Shown here: piece after piece, positions 19,285 through 28,278 of the stretch
Numbering within the stretch: position 1 is the stretch's first letter
Layout of the letters: each line of letters starts with the position of its first letter
Assembly: GCA_044344255.1 (NCBI GenBank)
Contig: JBIJDH010000016.1
Span: forward strand, 124,937-188,936
Direction of reading: 5' to 3'
Length of the DNA: 64,000 bases
Source of the DNA: Myxococcota bacterium
Lineage (GTDB): Bacteria; Myxococcota_A; UBA796; UBA2385
Made by a program: the position numbers and the translations under genes
Notes under the pieces: model-generated
Told to the model about the DNA's origin: nothing
The model's input: the letters and a program-made list of their open reading frames with translations, nothing else
The model's database searches: none

Positions 19285-19848
19285 TCACTTTTGTACCACA
19301 CCGCGTTCCACGGTCCGCTCTTCGTCCAAAGAAAGACCGTCTGGGCAGAGCGCGGCGAGAGCGGCGCCCAGGGCGGGGTGGTCGATGCCGCGGAGGGCGC
19401 TCTCGACGAACTGCGCGGTGTTTACGCCCTGCGTGGAGCGATAGCGCTGGGCCTGGACGAGCATGTCCAGCTTGTCGAGCTGGTGTACGAAGTGGGCCTC
19501 TGGGCTCCTATTTTGTTCGTAGTCTTCCCAGAGCGCCCAGAGGGGGGGGCGCCCTGCGAAGAGCCGCGCGGCGGCGATTCGCTCGCGGCGGGCCTTCTCT
19601 TCGCGGGAGATGCCGTCGAAGGGGGTGATGTCTCCGACGGTCGCTTCGGCGAGGTCGTGGAGGAGGGCGAGCAGCACCACCCGACCGCGGTCGAGCTCCG
19701 GCGGACAGAAGAGGAGGCCGAGCATGGCCACACCCCAGGAGTGGGCGGCCACGGACTCGGCCTCCACCACGCCCACGCGCGCCCAGCCCGCGCGCTCGAC
19801 CTCCTTGAGGGTCATCACCTCGTCGAGCAGCGTGTCGAGGGGCTTCAC
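19285..19848 (-). CDS. HD-domain hydrolase (YfbR/HDDC2-like)
   Basis: RAGW, ESVAAHSW, LLHDLAEATVGD, DKLD. Confidence 0.88.
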   Translation of the reverse strand: MKPLDTLLDEVMTLKEVERAGWARVGVVEAESVAAHSWGVAMLGLLFCPPELDRGRVVLLALLHDLAEATVGDITPFDGISREEKARRERIAAARLFAGRPPLWALWEDYEQNRSPEAHFVHQLDKLDMLVQAQRYRSTQGVNTAQFVESALRGIDHPALGAALAALCPDGLSLDEERTVERGVVQK

Positions 19849-20873
19849 CGGACCACGAGGGCGCGCTGGTCGGGCCAGCGGGTGCTGATCAAGATCGGCT
19901 CCCGGCGCTGGCGCTCGAGGAAGGCGTCCTTGTCTCGGAGCCCGGCCCAGCCGAGCGAGACGAGGACCTGCCCCACCGCCCCGCCGAGGTTGCTGCCCGG
20001 GCCGGGGAGGAGGATGACGTCCGGCCCATAGTCGCCGAGGGCGCGGCGGAGCATCGTGCTGAAGTCAAAGGGGCCGACGACCTGCTCCCCGAGCGTGTAG
20101 TCGCGGAGGGCCGCGGGATCGGCGAAGCGGGGGCGCCAGGAGCGGCCGGCCCCGTCGATCAGGGGCAGGGTGGGGGCCCGCCAGCGGAGGCCGGCGAGCT
20201 CGGCCTCGGCCCGCGCGCGGGTCGCGGCGAGCAGCGGGGTGTGGAACGCCGAGTGCAGCGGGAGCCGCAGGGGAAATTGCTGGGCGCCGATGTCTACCTT
20301 GGGGAGGGCCGCCACGGCTGCGGAGAGCGCGGCCTCTGTCCCACCGAGCACGATCTGGCCACCAAGCAGGATGGATCGGTATAGTTCGGGGATGGTGTCG
20401 AGGAGCCCTGCGACGAGCCGCTCCCGCGCCGCGTCGGGCCGCCAGGTGTCGAGGTCGACCAAGGGGTAGACGAGCTGCCCGCCCACCACGTTGCCGGCCT
20501 GGAACTGGCCCAAGGTCTCGATCAGCCGGCCGCCCTCGTCGAAGGGGAGGGCGCCGGCGTAGGTCAGCGCCGTGTACCAGCCCATCGAATTGCCGCAGAC
20601 GGCCACCACCTCGACCTTCTCGGGGTCGAGCTGGTCGAGGTCGGCGAGGGAGGCGCCCGCGGTGAGCAGGCTCGCGTTCTCGCCAGCGACGTGGCTGCGC
20701 AGCGAGAAGGCGCTGAGCCCGTCGAGCTCGCGCACGGTGGGGCGGCCGGCGGCGGCGCGGAGCGCGTCGAGGCGGTCGAGGGCCGGGGAGGCGAGGCCCT
20801 GCAGGCTGCCGAGGGAGTCGCGGCCGTAGCTGCCGCGGCCAGGGCAGAGGACGAGGGCGCGGAGGCGGCTCAT
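19845..20873 (-). CDS. FabD-fold acyltransferase (ACP S-malonyltransferase-like, atypical)
   Basis: ATG 20873 overlaps the E1 stop; CPGRGSY, GNSMG, SAFHT. Confidence 0.85.
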   Translation of the reverse strand: MSRLRALVLCPGRGSYGRDSLGSLQGLASPALDRLDALRAAAGRPTVRELDGLSAFSLRSHVAGENASLLTAGASLADLDQLDPEKVEVVAVCGNSMGWYTALTYAGALPFDEGGRLIETLGQFQAGNVVGGQLVYPLVDLDTWRPDAARERLVAGLLDTIPELYRSILLGGQIVLGGTEAALSAAVAALPKVDIGAQQFPLRLPLHSAFHTPLLAATRARAEAELAGLRWRAPTLPLIDGAGRSWRPRFADPAALRDYTLGEQVVGPFDFSTMLRRALGDYGPDVILLPGPGSNLGGAVGQVLVSLGWAGLRDKDAFLERQRREPILISTRWPDQRALVVR

Positions 20874-23140
20874 GGGCGGGCTCCCGGGGCGGGCTCGGCG
20901 GGGAGGGGGGCGCCGTCTGGGGCCCGCCCGAGCAGGCGCAGCGCGGCGGCGAGGATGTCGGGCTCCTGCACCAGCACGAGGTTCGCGGCGGCCCCGAGCG
21001 GGATGTAGGTGTCGACGCTCGTGACCCGGGCCACCCGGACGCCGGGGAGGCGCTCGGCGAGCAGGGCCAGGATGGGCTCGGCGAGGCCCCCGCTGCGGCG
21101 GCACTCGTCCACCACGAGCACCCGCCCGGTCGCCTCCGCCTCGCGGAGGATGTCGGCCTCGGGCAGGGGGGCGATCCAGCGCAGATCGACGTTCCGGCAG
21201 CGGACGCCCAGCGCCTCGAGGCGGGCGGCCACCCGCAGGCTCATCCAGTGGCCGTTGGCGTACGAGATGAGGGTGAGGTCCGTGCCGTCGCCCCAGGTGC
21301 GGGCGGTGCCGGGGGCGGCGAAGCGGCCGGGCTCGGGGTAAGCGAAGCTCCAGCGGCCGTCCTTGTCCTCGTGGAGGTCCTTGGTCATGTAGAGGGCGAT
21401 GGGCTCGAGGAAGACGGCCACCCGCCCGAGCGCCTGGGCCATCGAGAGGCAGCCCCGCAAGAGCAGCACGGCGTCTTCGCCGTTCGAGGGGCAGGCGACG
21501 ATGAGGCCCGGGATGTCGCGCAGCGAAGCGAGGGCGTTGTCGTTGTGGAAGTGCCCGCCGAAGCCCTTCTGATAGGCGAGGCCGGCGATGCGCACCACCA
21601 TGCCGTTCGTGTACTGGCCGTCGCTGAAGAACTGTAGCGAGCAGGCCTCCCCGCGGAGCTGGTCGATCGCGTTGTGCAGATAGGCGAGGTACTGGATCTC
21701 CGGCACCGGCAGGGCGCCCTGGTGGGCGGCGCCGATTGCGAGGCCCAGGATGGCCTGCTCGTCGAGGTGGGTGTTGAAGACGCGCCCCACGCCGGCGCGG
21801 CGCTCGAGGTCGGTGGTGACGTTGTAGACGCCGCCCTTTCGGGCCACGTCCTCGCCGAAGAGGAGGAGGTCGGGGAAACGCACGAGGGCGTCGCCGAGGG
21901 CGCGGTTGATCTGCACGGCCATGTGGCGCGGGCGGTCGGCCTCGGGGAGGCGGCCCTCGAAGAAGTCGGCGCGGCCGGCCTCGGGGGCGAGCGTGGCGGC
22001 GTGCTCGGCGAAGCGCGCAGGGTCCCATGGGGCGAGGGGGGCGATGACCGCGGCGGCGCTCTCGAGCTTGGGACGACGGCTGGCCTCGCGCCCGAGGGCG
22101 GCGGTGCGGGCCCGGAGCTCCTCGTAGACGGCGCGCAGCTCTTCGGGGGTCGCCCAGCCGCCTTCGACGAGCAGGCGCGCTGTGGAGAGCAGCGGGTCAG
22201 CGGACTCGGTGGCCTCGATCTCCTCGTGGCTGCGGTAGCTCTGCTCGACGTCCGAGCCGGCGTGACCGAGCAGGCGCACCGTCTTGAGGTGCAAGAAGGC
22301 GGGGCGGCGGGTCTCGCGGACGAAGCGGACGGCGGCGAAGGCGGCGTCGGCGGCGTCGGGGAGGTCGAGGGCGTCGCCGTGGAAGTATTGGAGGCCCGGC
22401 CAGCTCGAGAAGCGCTTGCCGACCCAGCCCTCGGGGGTGCGGGTGGAGATGCCGATGCCGTTGTCTTCGCAGACGAAGAGCACAGGGCAGGGCAGGCGCT
22501 GGTGATCGGCCAAAGCGGCCGAGTTGAAGGCGCCGCAGGCCGTCGAGTGGTTGGAGGAGGCGTCGCCGAAGGTGCAGACGATGACGCTGTCGTCGGGGAT
22601 GGCGGAGCGCAGGCCCAGGCGCCGCCGGCGGGCCAGCGTGAAGGCCGCGCCTACGGCCTTCGGCAGGTGGCTGGCGATGGTGCTCGTCTGCGGGGGGATG
22701 CAGAGCGGGACGCTGCCGAAGACCTTGTGGCGGCCCCCGGCGATGGGCTCGTCCAGGCTGGCGACGAGGCCGAGCAGCACGTCGAGGATGGGGGTGCTGC
22801 CCGGCACCTGGCGGGCGCGCTCGGCGAAGAAGCCCCCCGAGCGGTAATGGAGGAAGGCCATGTCGGTGGGGCGGGTGGCGGCCGCGACGACCGCGTTGCC
22901 CTCATGCCCGCTCGAGCCGATGGTGTAGAAGCTCTGGTCTGTTGCCTTGAGGTTTCGGGCCTCGAAGTCGAGGTGACGGCTGCCGACCATCGACTCGAAG
23001 AGCCCGAGCGCCAGTCGGGCGCTCAGCTCACTCCCGGCGCGCACGGGGCGGTCGAGGTCATCCCGCCGGGGCGCGGCGTGGAGGCCGTCGAGGAGGCGGA
23101 GGAAGTTCTGATCGACGACGGCGGCGCGGCTGACGGCCAC
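20870..23140 (-). CDS. fused alpha/beta ThDP-dependent 2-oxoacid dehydrogenase E1
   Basis: HYRS, GDA...EDNGIGIS, GHAGSD, GEDV, EIQYLAY, GGHFHN. Confidence 0.9.
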   Translation of the reverse strand: MAVSRAAVVDQNFLRLLDGLHAAPRRDDLDRPVRAGSELSARLALGLFESMVGSRHLDFEARNLKATDQSFYTIGSSGHEGNAVVAAATRPTDMAFLHYRSGGFFAERARQVPGSTPILDVLLGLVASLDEPIAGGRHKVFGSVPLCIPPQTSTIASHLPKAVGAAFTLARRRRLGLRSAIPDDSVIVCTFGDASSNHSTACGAFNSAALADHQRLPCPVLFVCEDNGIGISTRTPEGWVGKRFSSWPGLQYFHGDALDLPDAADAAFAAVRFVRETRRPAFLHLKTVRLLGHAGSDVEQSYRSHEEIEATESADPLLSTARLLVEGGWATPEELRAVYEELRARTAALGREASRRPKLESAAAVIAPLAPWDPARFAEHAATLAPEAGRADFFEGRLPEADRPRHMAVQINRALGDALVRFPDLLLFGEDVARKGGVYNVTTDLERRAGVGRVFNTHLDEQAILGLAIGAAHQGALPVPEIQYLAYLHNAIDQLRGEACSLQFFSDGQYTNGMVVRIAGLAYQKGFGGHFHNDNALASLRDIPGLIVACPSNGEDAVLLLRGCLSMAQALGRVAVFLEPIALYMTKDLHEDKDGRWSFAYPEPGRFAAPGTARTWGDGTDLTLISYANGHWMSLRVAARLEALGVRCRNVDLRWIAPLPEADILREAEATGRVLVVDECRRSGGLAEPILALLAERLPGVRVARVTSVDTYIPLGAAANLVLVQEPDILAAALRLLGRAPDGAPLPAEPAPGARP

Positions 23141-23229
23141 GGGGGCCTCCTGGGCGGCCGGCCTCTTATCCCGAGGCGAGGGCGTGGTCGACCGGCGGCT
23201 GGAGGCATAGAGGATGGGGAGAGGCCCAC

Positions 23230-23718
23230 ATGCCGACCCCGCTCGTGCTTGTCACCGACCCTGAGGGGCGCATCACCCACCAGAACGCCTCGGTCCGCGC
23301 GCTCTGCGGGGACTGCGTCGGGCTCCACTGCTGCGAGGTCTTCAAGCGCGCGACGGGCAGCGCCTGTCCAGGCCCCGCCCCGGGCGGCGGGAGCGTGGAG
23401 GGCCACCACGAGCCGATCGGCTTCGTCGAAGCGCGGGGGGTGGTCGGCCCGCTCAGCGTCTCCAACGTGGGGGAGCTGCGCGTGCTGGTGATGCAGCCGA
23501 AGGGGGTCTGTCCGGGGCCGCCGATCGAGATCTCCCCGCGTGAGACCGAGGTGCTGCGCCTCGTCGCCGAGGGCTACACCGACCCCGAGATCGCCGCCGA
23601 GCTTGGCCTGCAGGCGGCCACGGTGCGCAGCCACGTCGAGAACCTGCGGGCCCGGCTCTCGGCGCGCACGCGGGCCCAGGCGGTGGCCCGGGCTCACAAG
23701 CTCGGCCTGCTCGCCTGA
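23230..23718 (+). CDS. PAS-like + LuxR HTH transcriptional regulator, Cys-rich sensor
   Basis: VLVTDPEGRITHQN; CGDCVGLHCC; SPRETEVLRLVAEGYTDPEIA...TVRSHVENL. Confidence 0.88.
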   Translation: MPTPLVLVTDPEGRITHQNASVRALCGDCVGLHCCEVFKRATGSACPGPAPGGGSVEGHHEPIGFVEARGVVGPLSVSNVGELRVLVMQPKGVCPGPPIEISPRETEVLRLVAEGYTDPEIAAELGLQAATVRSHVENLRARLSARTRAQAVARAHKLGLLA

Positions 23719-23736
23719 TGTTTCGGAGCGAGGGCT

Positions 23737-25464
23737 TCAGCGCCCGAGGGTCAGGAGCCCGTCTGCGACGAGGTCGTTGACGATCTCCTCGTCTTCGGGG
23801 GGCTCGGCGCCGAGCGCGCGGGCGAGGGCGAGCAGGGCGTCGCGGGGGACCGGCTCGAGCGCGCCCTCGAGCAGGCGGCCGATGGCCTCGTTGCCGTCGC
23901 CGATCGAGGGGCGGCCCGTCGAGTCGGTCTCGATGATGATCCAGGTCGGCGGCTCGACCAGCGACGGCCGCGGGGCGGGACCGTCCCGCTGCACGAGGTT
24001 GGCCAGGGGGTCGGGGCCGAGGCTGTCGCGCAGGCGCGCGTAGTGGAGGGGGATGTCACCGGGGAGGCTGCAGAGCGCGGCGCCCTCGGCCAGCGCGATC
24101 TGCCCCGGCCCAGACGCCCCGCGCGGGCGGCGGGCGCGGGCGAGGGCCAGCTCGAGCTCGGCGAAGGGGCCGGCGGCGGGGCGCAGCCAGGCGCCGAAGG
24201 TGAGGGCGAGGGAGCCGCCCCCGGCGATGCAGGCGTGGAGCTCCGGGCTGTCGAAGAAGGCCTCGAGGCCCGGCACCCCGCGGAGGAGGACGGAGACCGG
24301 GAATTCGGGGACGAGGCCGGTGAGGGTCCGGGCGCGGCGGTAGCGGTCGGCAGACCAGGCCCGCCGGTCGATCGCGAGCAGCCAGCTGCGCTCGTCCTCG
24401 GTCAGGGGGGGCTGGCCAGCGGCCTCGAGGGGGCGGCCCTCGTGAAGGTCGTCGACGAGGCGGGGATCGTAGAGCAGCCGGGCGATCGTGGTCTGGACCC
24501 TTCCGTCCGGGGTCTCGAACAGGCCGGGGCCCTTCGGGCGGGGCGCGGGCTCGGCGGGCTCCCAGGAGGGCGCGATCGGGCTCAGGCCAGGGCGCCGGCT
24601 GCGATCGTGAAAGAAGGCGCCGGCGACTCGGCGGAAGAGCGGCCCGACCGCCTCGATCGTGTTGCGCTCGCACTCGACGATGACCGCCTTCAGGTTGGGG
24701 GCACGATCGATGATGTGGTCGAAGATCTGCCAGGTGTCATCGAGCACCTCGGGGCTGTGGTCATCGTCGACCCAGGCGAAGCCGTCGGTGTGGACCGTCC
24801 GGCCCCCCGCGACGTGCAGCTCGACGATCCGCTCGAGGGGGAAGCCGTCGAGGCCTGCGGTGGGCGAGCGGCCGCGGAGGCGCTGGTAGATCGCGAGGTG
24901 GGCGCAGTCGAGCAGCATCCCGGTGTCGGCTCGCTCGCAGAGGCGTGCGTAGTAGTCGAGGAGGTCCATCGGGCCGACGAAGGCCACGCCGGGCGGGTTC
25001 TCGGGCAGCACCTCGAGCCCGGTGCGGCTCCGCAGGTAGGCGATTCCGGCGGCGGTCGCGTCGGCGGAGCGGGGGCTCAGCACCGGCGGCAGCAGCAGCA
25101 TGTGGTCGCGATCGCGGCGGCCGAGGTGCCAGAGGCCGGCGTCGCCGCAGAGCCAGGCGGGCCGCAGCACGGCGACGAGGGCCGCCACCTCCTCGAGCCA
25201 GCGCTCGTCCATGTCGTCGGGGTCATCGAGGTTGACGTCGAGGAAGTGGTAGGTGGTGGGCAGCTTGCGGGCGGCCCAGGCCAACGCGCCCGGGTCGAGG
25301 CCCTTCGCCGTCTCGACCCCCACCTCGAGGAAGGCGCAGAGCAGGGGCAGCGCCTCGTGCAAAGCGAGCGGATCGAGGGCGCTGGGCGCATCGGCGGCGC
25401 CGTACTCGGTGGAGACGCCCACCCCGAGGACCGGCAGGGCGCGGACGCGGTCGAAGAAGCTCAT
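23737..25464 (-). CDS. DUF692 (MNIO) enzyme fused to a DUF2063-like partner domain
   Basis: LGVG, FLEV, PENPP, MLLDCAH, ELHVAGG, DDH, VECER; about 270-aa C-terminal extension. Confidence 0.8.
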   Translation of the reverse strand: MSFFDRVRALPVLGVGVSTEYGAADAPSALDPLALHEALPLLCAFLEVGVETAKGLDPGALAWAARKLPTTYHFLDVNLDDPDDMDERWLEEVAALVAVLRPAWLCGDAGLWHLGRRDRDHMLLLPPVLSPRSADATAAGIAYLRSRTGLEVLPENPPGVAFVGPMDLLDYYARLCERADTGMLLDCAHLAIYQRLRGRSPTAGLDGFPLERIVELHVAGGRTVHTDGFAWVDDDHSPEVLDDTWQIFDHIIDRAPNLKAVIVECERNTIEAVGPLFRRVAGAFFHDRSRRPGLSPIAPSWEPAEPAPRPKGPGLFETPDGRVQTTIARLLYDPRLVDDLHEGRPLEAAGQPPLTEDERSWLLAIDRRAWSADRYRRARTLTGLVPEFPVSVLLRGVPGLEAFFDSPELHACIAGGGSLALTFGAWLRPAAGPFAELELALARARRPRGASGPGQIALAEGAALCSLPGDIPLHYARLRDSLGPDPLANLVQRDGPAPRPSLVEPPTWIIIETDSTGRPSIGDGNEAIGRLLEGALEPVPRDALLALARALGAEPPEDEEIVNDLVADGLLTLGR

Positions 25465-26219
25465 CGGCCCACCGCCGCGAAGTCGGCGAACACCGCGGAC
25501 AGCGGGCTCGACTCTCCATGGGCGACCACGGCGAGCGCCGAGCCGAAGAGGGGCCCGGGGCTGCGGAGGAGGCGGCCGAGGGTGCTCGCGTGGCGATCGA
25601 GCTCTTCAAGGGTGCCGACACGGTGGTGGGGGGCCTCGCGGTGGAGCCGGAGCACGCTGCGCCACGCGGCGTCCCGCGCCTTCTGGAGGCCGAACATGCC
25701 GAGCCACTCGTCCTTCTGGCCGCCGAGGCGGTCGAGCACGTTGAGCCAGGGCGAGTGGCGGTCGAGCGTGGCCTGGATGTCGTCGAGGAGCTCGGCGAGC
25801 ACGGCGTTGATCTGCATGAAGTCGCGCTGTATGCCCGCGGGATTGGCGCCCTCTAGAACGTCGATCACCGTGGGCGCGAGGTCGAGGTTGATGTGGGCGT
25901 TCATGCCGAGGAGCAGGTGTTGGATGAGCGCGTGGTCGCGGTCGCGGGTGGCCTCGAAGGCCACTCGCCAGGCGCGGCTCGGCGGCTGGCCGACCGACCA
26001 GGCGGCCTCGGCGTCGAGGTAGCGGTTGGCGAAGGAGACGACGAAGCGGCCCATCCGGGGCCCGTCGTCGAAGCGGCCCGCGGTGATCGCCTCGCCCACC
26101 CGGCCCGTCATCTGGCGGTAGAGCGAGGGGAAGAGGCCGATGGGATCCTGCTTCAGCGCGGCGCCGGCGATGATGCGCTCGAGCTCCACCTTGACCTGAT
26201 CCAGACTTGAGACGCGCAT
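25461..26219 (-). CDS. DUF5995-like protein
   Basis: FPSLYRQMT, FANRYLDA, LLLGMNAHINLDL, DFMQIN. Confidence 0.7.
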   Translation of the reverse strand: MRVSSLDQVKVELERIIAGAALKQDPIGLFPSLYRQMTGRVGEAITAGRFDDGPRMGRFVVSFANRYLDAEAAWSVGQPPSRAWRVAFEATRDRDHALIQHLLLGMNAHINLDLAPTVIDVLEGANPAGIQRDFMQINAVLAELLDDIQATLDRHSPWLNVLDRLGGQKDEWLGMFGLQKARDAAWRSVLRLHREAPHHRVGTLEELDRHASTLGRLLRSPGPLFGSALAVVAHGESSPLSAVFADFAAVGR

Positions 26220-26276
26220 GAGACCTCCCGGCGCGCCGTTATCCCGGGCCCGGGGGGCCCCGCAGGGCGCGGCCGG

Positions 26277-26729
26277 TCAGAGGTCGCGCTTGCCGGGCGC
26301 CGCAGCGGCGTCGGTCGGAGCCTTGTTGGCCTCCCGCGCCCGCTTCATCTCCTCGAGGGTGCGCTTCGCGCGGGCGACGGGGTCGTCCACAGGCGGCTTT
26401 GGGGCCTCCGCGGCCCCGTACCGCTTGCGCAGGCGCTCGAGCGGATCGGCCTCCTCCTCGGCGGCCACGGCGGCCGCGGCGCCGCCCACCTTGCCGAAGA
26501 TCGCGCTCTCCAGGCCATCGAGGAGGCTCGAGGCGGCCCGCTCGACGCTGGCGAGGGCGGCGCGGGCGGCGAGCTCAGCGGCCTTCTCGGCGGCCTGGGC
26601 GCGGGCGGCCTGCTCCACCTCGTCGAGGGCGCCCTGGAGGCGCTCCCGGCCTGCGGCGGCGGCGCCCGCGAGGGAGGTGCCGGAGGGCGAAGGGGCAGGG
26701 GGAGCGTCGGGCTTGGGATCGTCGGCCAT
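26277..26729 (-). CDS. Ala-rich helical hypothetical protein
   Basis: 150-aa ORF co-oriented within the operon; GC3-rich. Confidence 0.7.
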   Translation of the reverse strand: MADDPKPDAPPAPSPSGTSLAGAAAAGRERLQGALDEVEQAARAQAAEKAAELAARAALASVERAASSLLDGLESAIFGKVGGAAAAVAAEEEADPLERLRKRYGAAEAPKPPVDDPVARAKRTLEEMKRAREANKAPTDAAAAPGKRDL

Positions 26730-26759
26730 GCCAGAGGGTAGCCTGCTGGCGGGGTCCGG

Positions 26760-28253
26760 TCACCGGCCGTGGGCCCCGCCGGAGACCGAGGGCTCGTCGA
26801 GGTCGACCTTCAGTCCGCTGAGCGGCCCGGGCTGAAGGTCTTGGGGCCAGGCCTCGAGCGTGACGAGGGTGTCGTCTTGATCGGGCCCGTCGCCGTCCTC
26901 GTCGAAGTAGGCGCGGAGGTGCACGGTGGTGGCCGCCCCGCAATCGAGGGTGAAGGGGCCGGGTCCGCGCAGCGAGGCGCTGCCGACGATGGTGACGGGG
27001 CCGCCCTCCCCGCCGGTCGGTCCGGTGACCGCGTCGAGGCGGATCATCCCAGCGGTCCACCGCGCGGCCTGCACCACCCCGGTGAGTCGGCAGGGGCTCG
27101 TGGCGGTGGAGGGCTGCGGCGCGGCTGGGGGGCCGCTGCTCTGCACGAAGGGATCGACGTAGTCGGGGACCTCGCCCCCCGAGGCCGCGGTGCCGATCCG
27201 ATCACCCTTGGCCCAGCCGGCGAGCTGCTGGGCCAGGGCCTGCCCGAGCAGCCGGTGGCCGAGCGCGGTCGGGTGCATCTCATCCTGGAAGAGCGCCGCC
27301 TTGCTGTGGCCGCTCTCCTGGAACAACCGAGGGACCTCGATCACCGGCGAGCTCCACCGGGCGGCCGTGTCCCGGAGCACCGCTCGGTAGGGGTCCCACG
27401 CGGCGCGACCGACGGGGCCGGCGATAGCGCCGGCATCGAGGTCCTCGTTGTTGGCGAGCACGACGAAGACCAGCTCGGCGCCGCGATCGACGGCGATGCG
27501 GGCGAGGGTGTCGAGGTTGTCGGCATAGTCCTGGATGGCCACCCGTCGCTGGCCGATGTGGGCGGCGCCGTCCTTCTGCCAGGTGACCGTGCGCGCGAGG
27601 CGGCTCTGGGACTCCACGCGCAGCTCCCAGTCGAGCCAGCGGAAGATCGCGCTCTTCGAGAGCAGGCGCTGGGCCTGCCCCATCGGGCCCTCCTCCCAGC
27701 CGGCATACTCGGCGAGGGTCTCTCGATCGACGAAGGCGTCGAAGTTGTTGTCGGACCACAGGTTGGCGATGACGAAGAGATCGGGCTCGGTGGCCAGGGC
27801 CCGCATGCGCAGCAGGTTCAGCGTCTCGAAGGTGGAGTAGCCGGGGATCGCGGCCGAGACGGCCTCGACGCCGGGCCCGAGGGCCTCCGCGGCCACTTGG
27901 GAGAAGACCTCCCCCTCGGCGACGCCGAAGCCGAAGACGCTGGAGTCCCCGGTGGTGAGGAGGCGGCGGCGCCCGGCGGGCTTGGGTGTCTGGACCTCTG
28001 GCCCGCGCAGGCCGAGGCCGTTGATGCGCACCGTCACCCCCTGTTCAAAGTACGTCCCTGGCGGGTACTCGTAGAGCAGGTAGGGGTTTCCCTTCAGCAC
28101 GGTGTGCCCGGCCTTGCTCGCCGGCAAGGGCGCCTCCCAGGCTCGGATCTCGGCGCCGAAGAGGGCCGTCACCATCGCCTCCGCGAAGAACCACAGGCCG
28201 ACCGCCGTGAGGCCGGCGACGACGAGCTTGCGGCGGAGGGGGACGTGGGGCAT
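26760..28253 (-). CDS. membrane-anchored SGNH/GDSL hydrolase
   Basis: ATG 28253; TM helix; INGLGLRG, GDSSVFG, PGYS, DEMHP. Confidence 0.85.
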   Translation of the reverse strand: MPHVPLRRKLVVAGLTAVGLWFFAEAMVTALFGAEIRAWEAPLPASKAGHTVLKGNPYLLYEYPPGTYFEQGVTVRINGLGLRGPEVQTPKPAGRRRLLTTGDSSVFGFGVAEGEVFSQVAAEALGPGVEAVSAAIPGYSTFETLNLLRMRALATEPDLFVIANLWSDNNFDAFVDRETLAEYAGWEEGPMGQAQRLLSKSAIFRWLDWELRVESQSRLARTVTWQKDGAAHIGQRRVAIQDYADNLDTLARIAVDRGAELVFVVLANNEDLDAGAIAGPVGRAAWDPYRAVLRDTAARWSSPVIEVPRLFQESGHSKAALFQDEMHPTALGHRLLGQALAQQLAGWAKGDRIGTAASGGEVPDYVDPFVQSSGPPAAPQPSTATSPCRLTGVVQAARWTAGMIRLDAVTGPTGGEGGPVTIVGSASLRGPGPFTLDCGAATTVHLRAYFDEDGDGPDQDDTLVTLEAWPQDLQPGPLSGLKVDLDEPSVSGGAHGR

Positions 28254-28278
28254 CTCGGGGAGCGCTCCTGCGGTTCGT

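Noticed and set aside
20874..22028. N-terminal extension of the 727-aa ORF
   Set aside because: Arg/Pro-rich off-frame overlap with E1; the coupled ATG is at 20873
26277..26729. Confident MNIO precursor peptide
   Set aside because: No Cys, signal peptide or repeated core; kept only as a weak candidate
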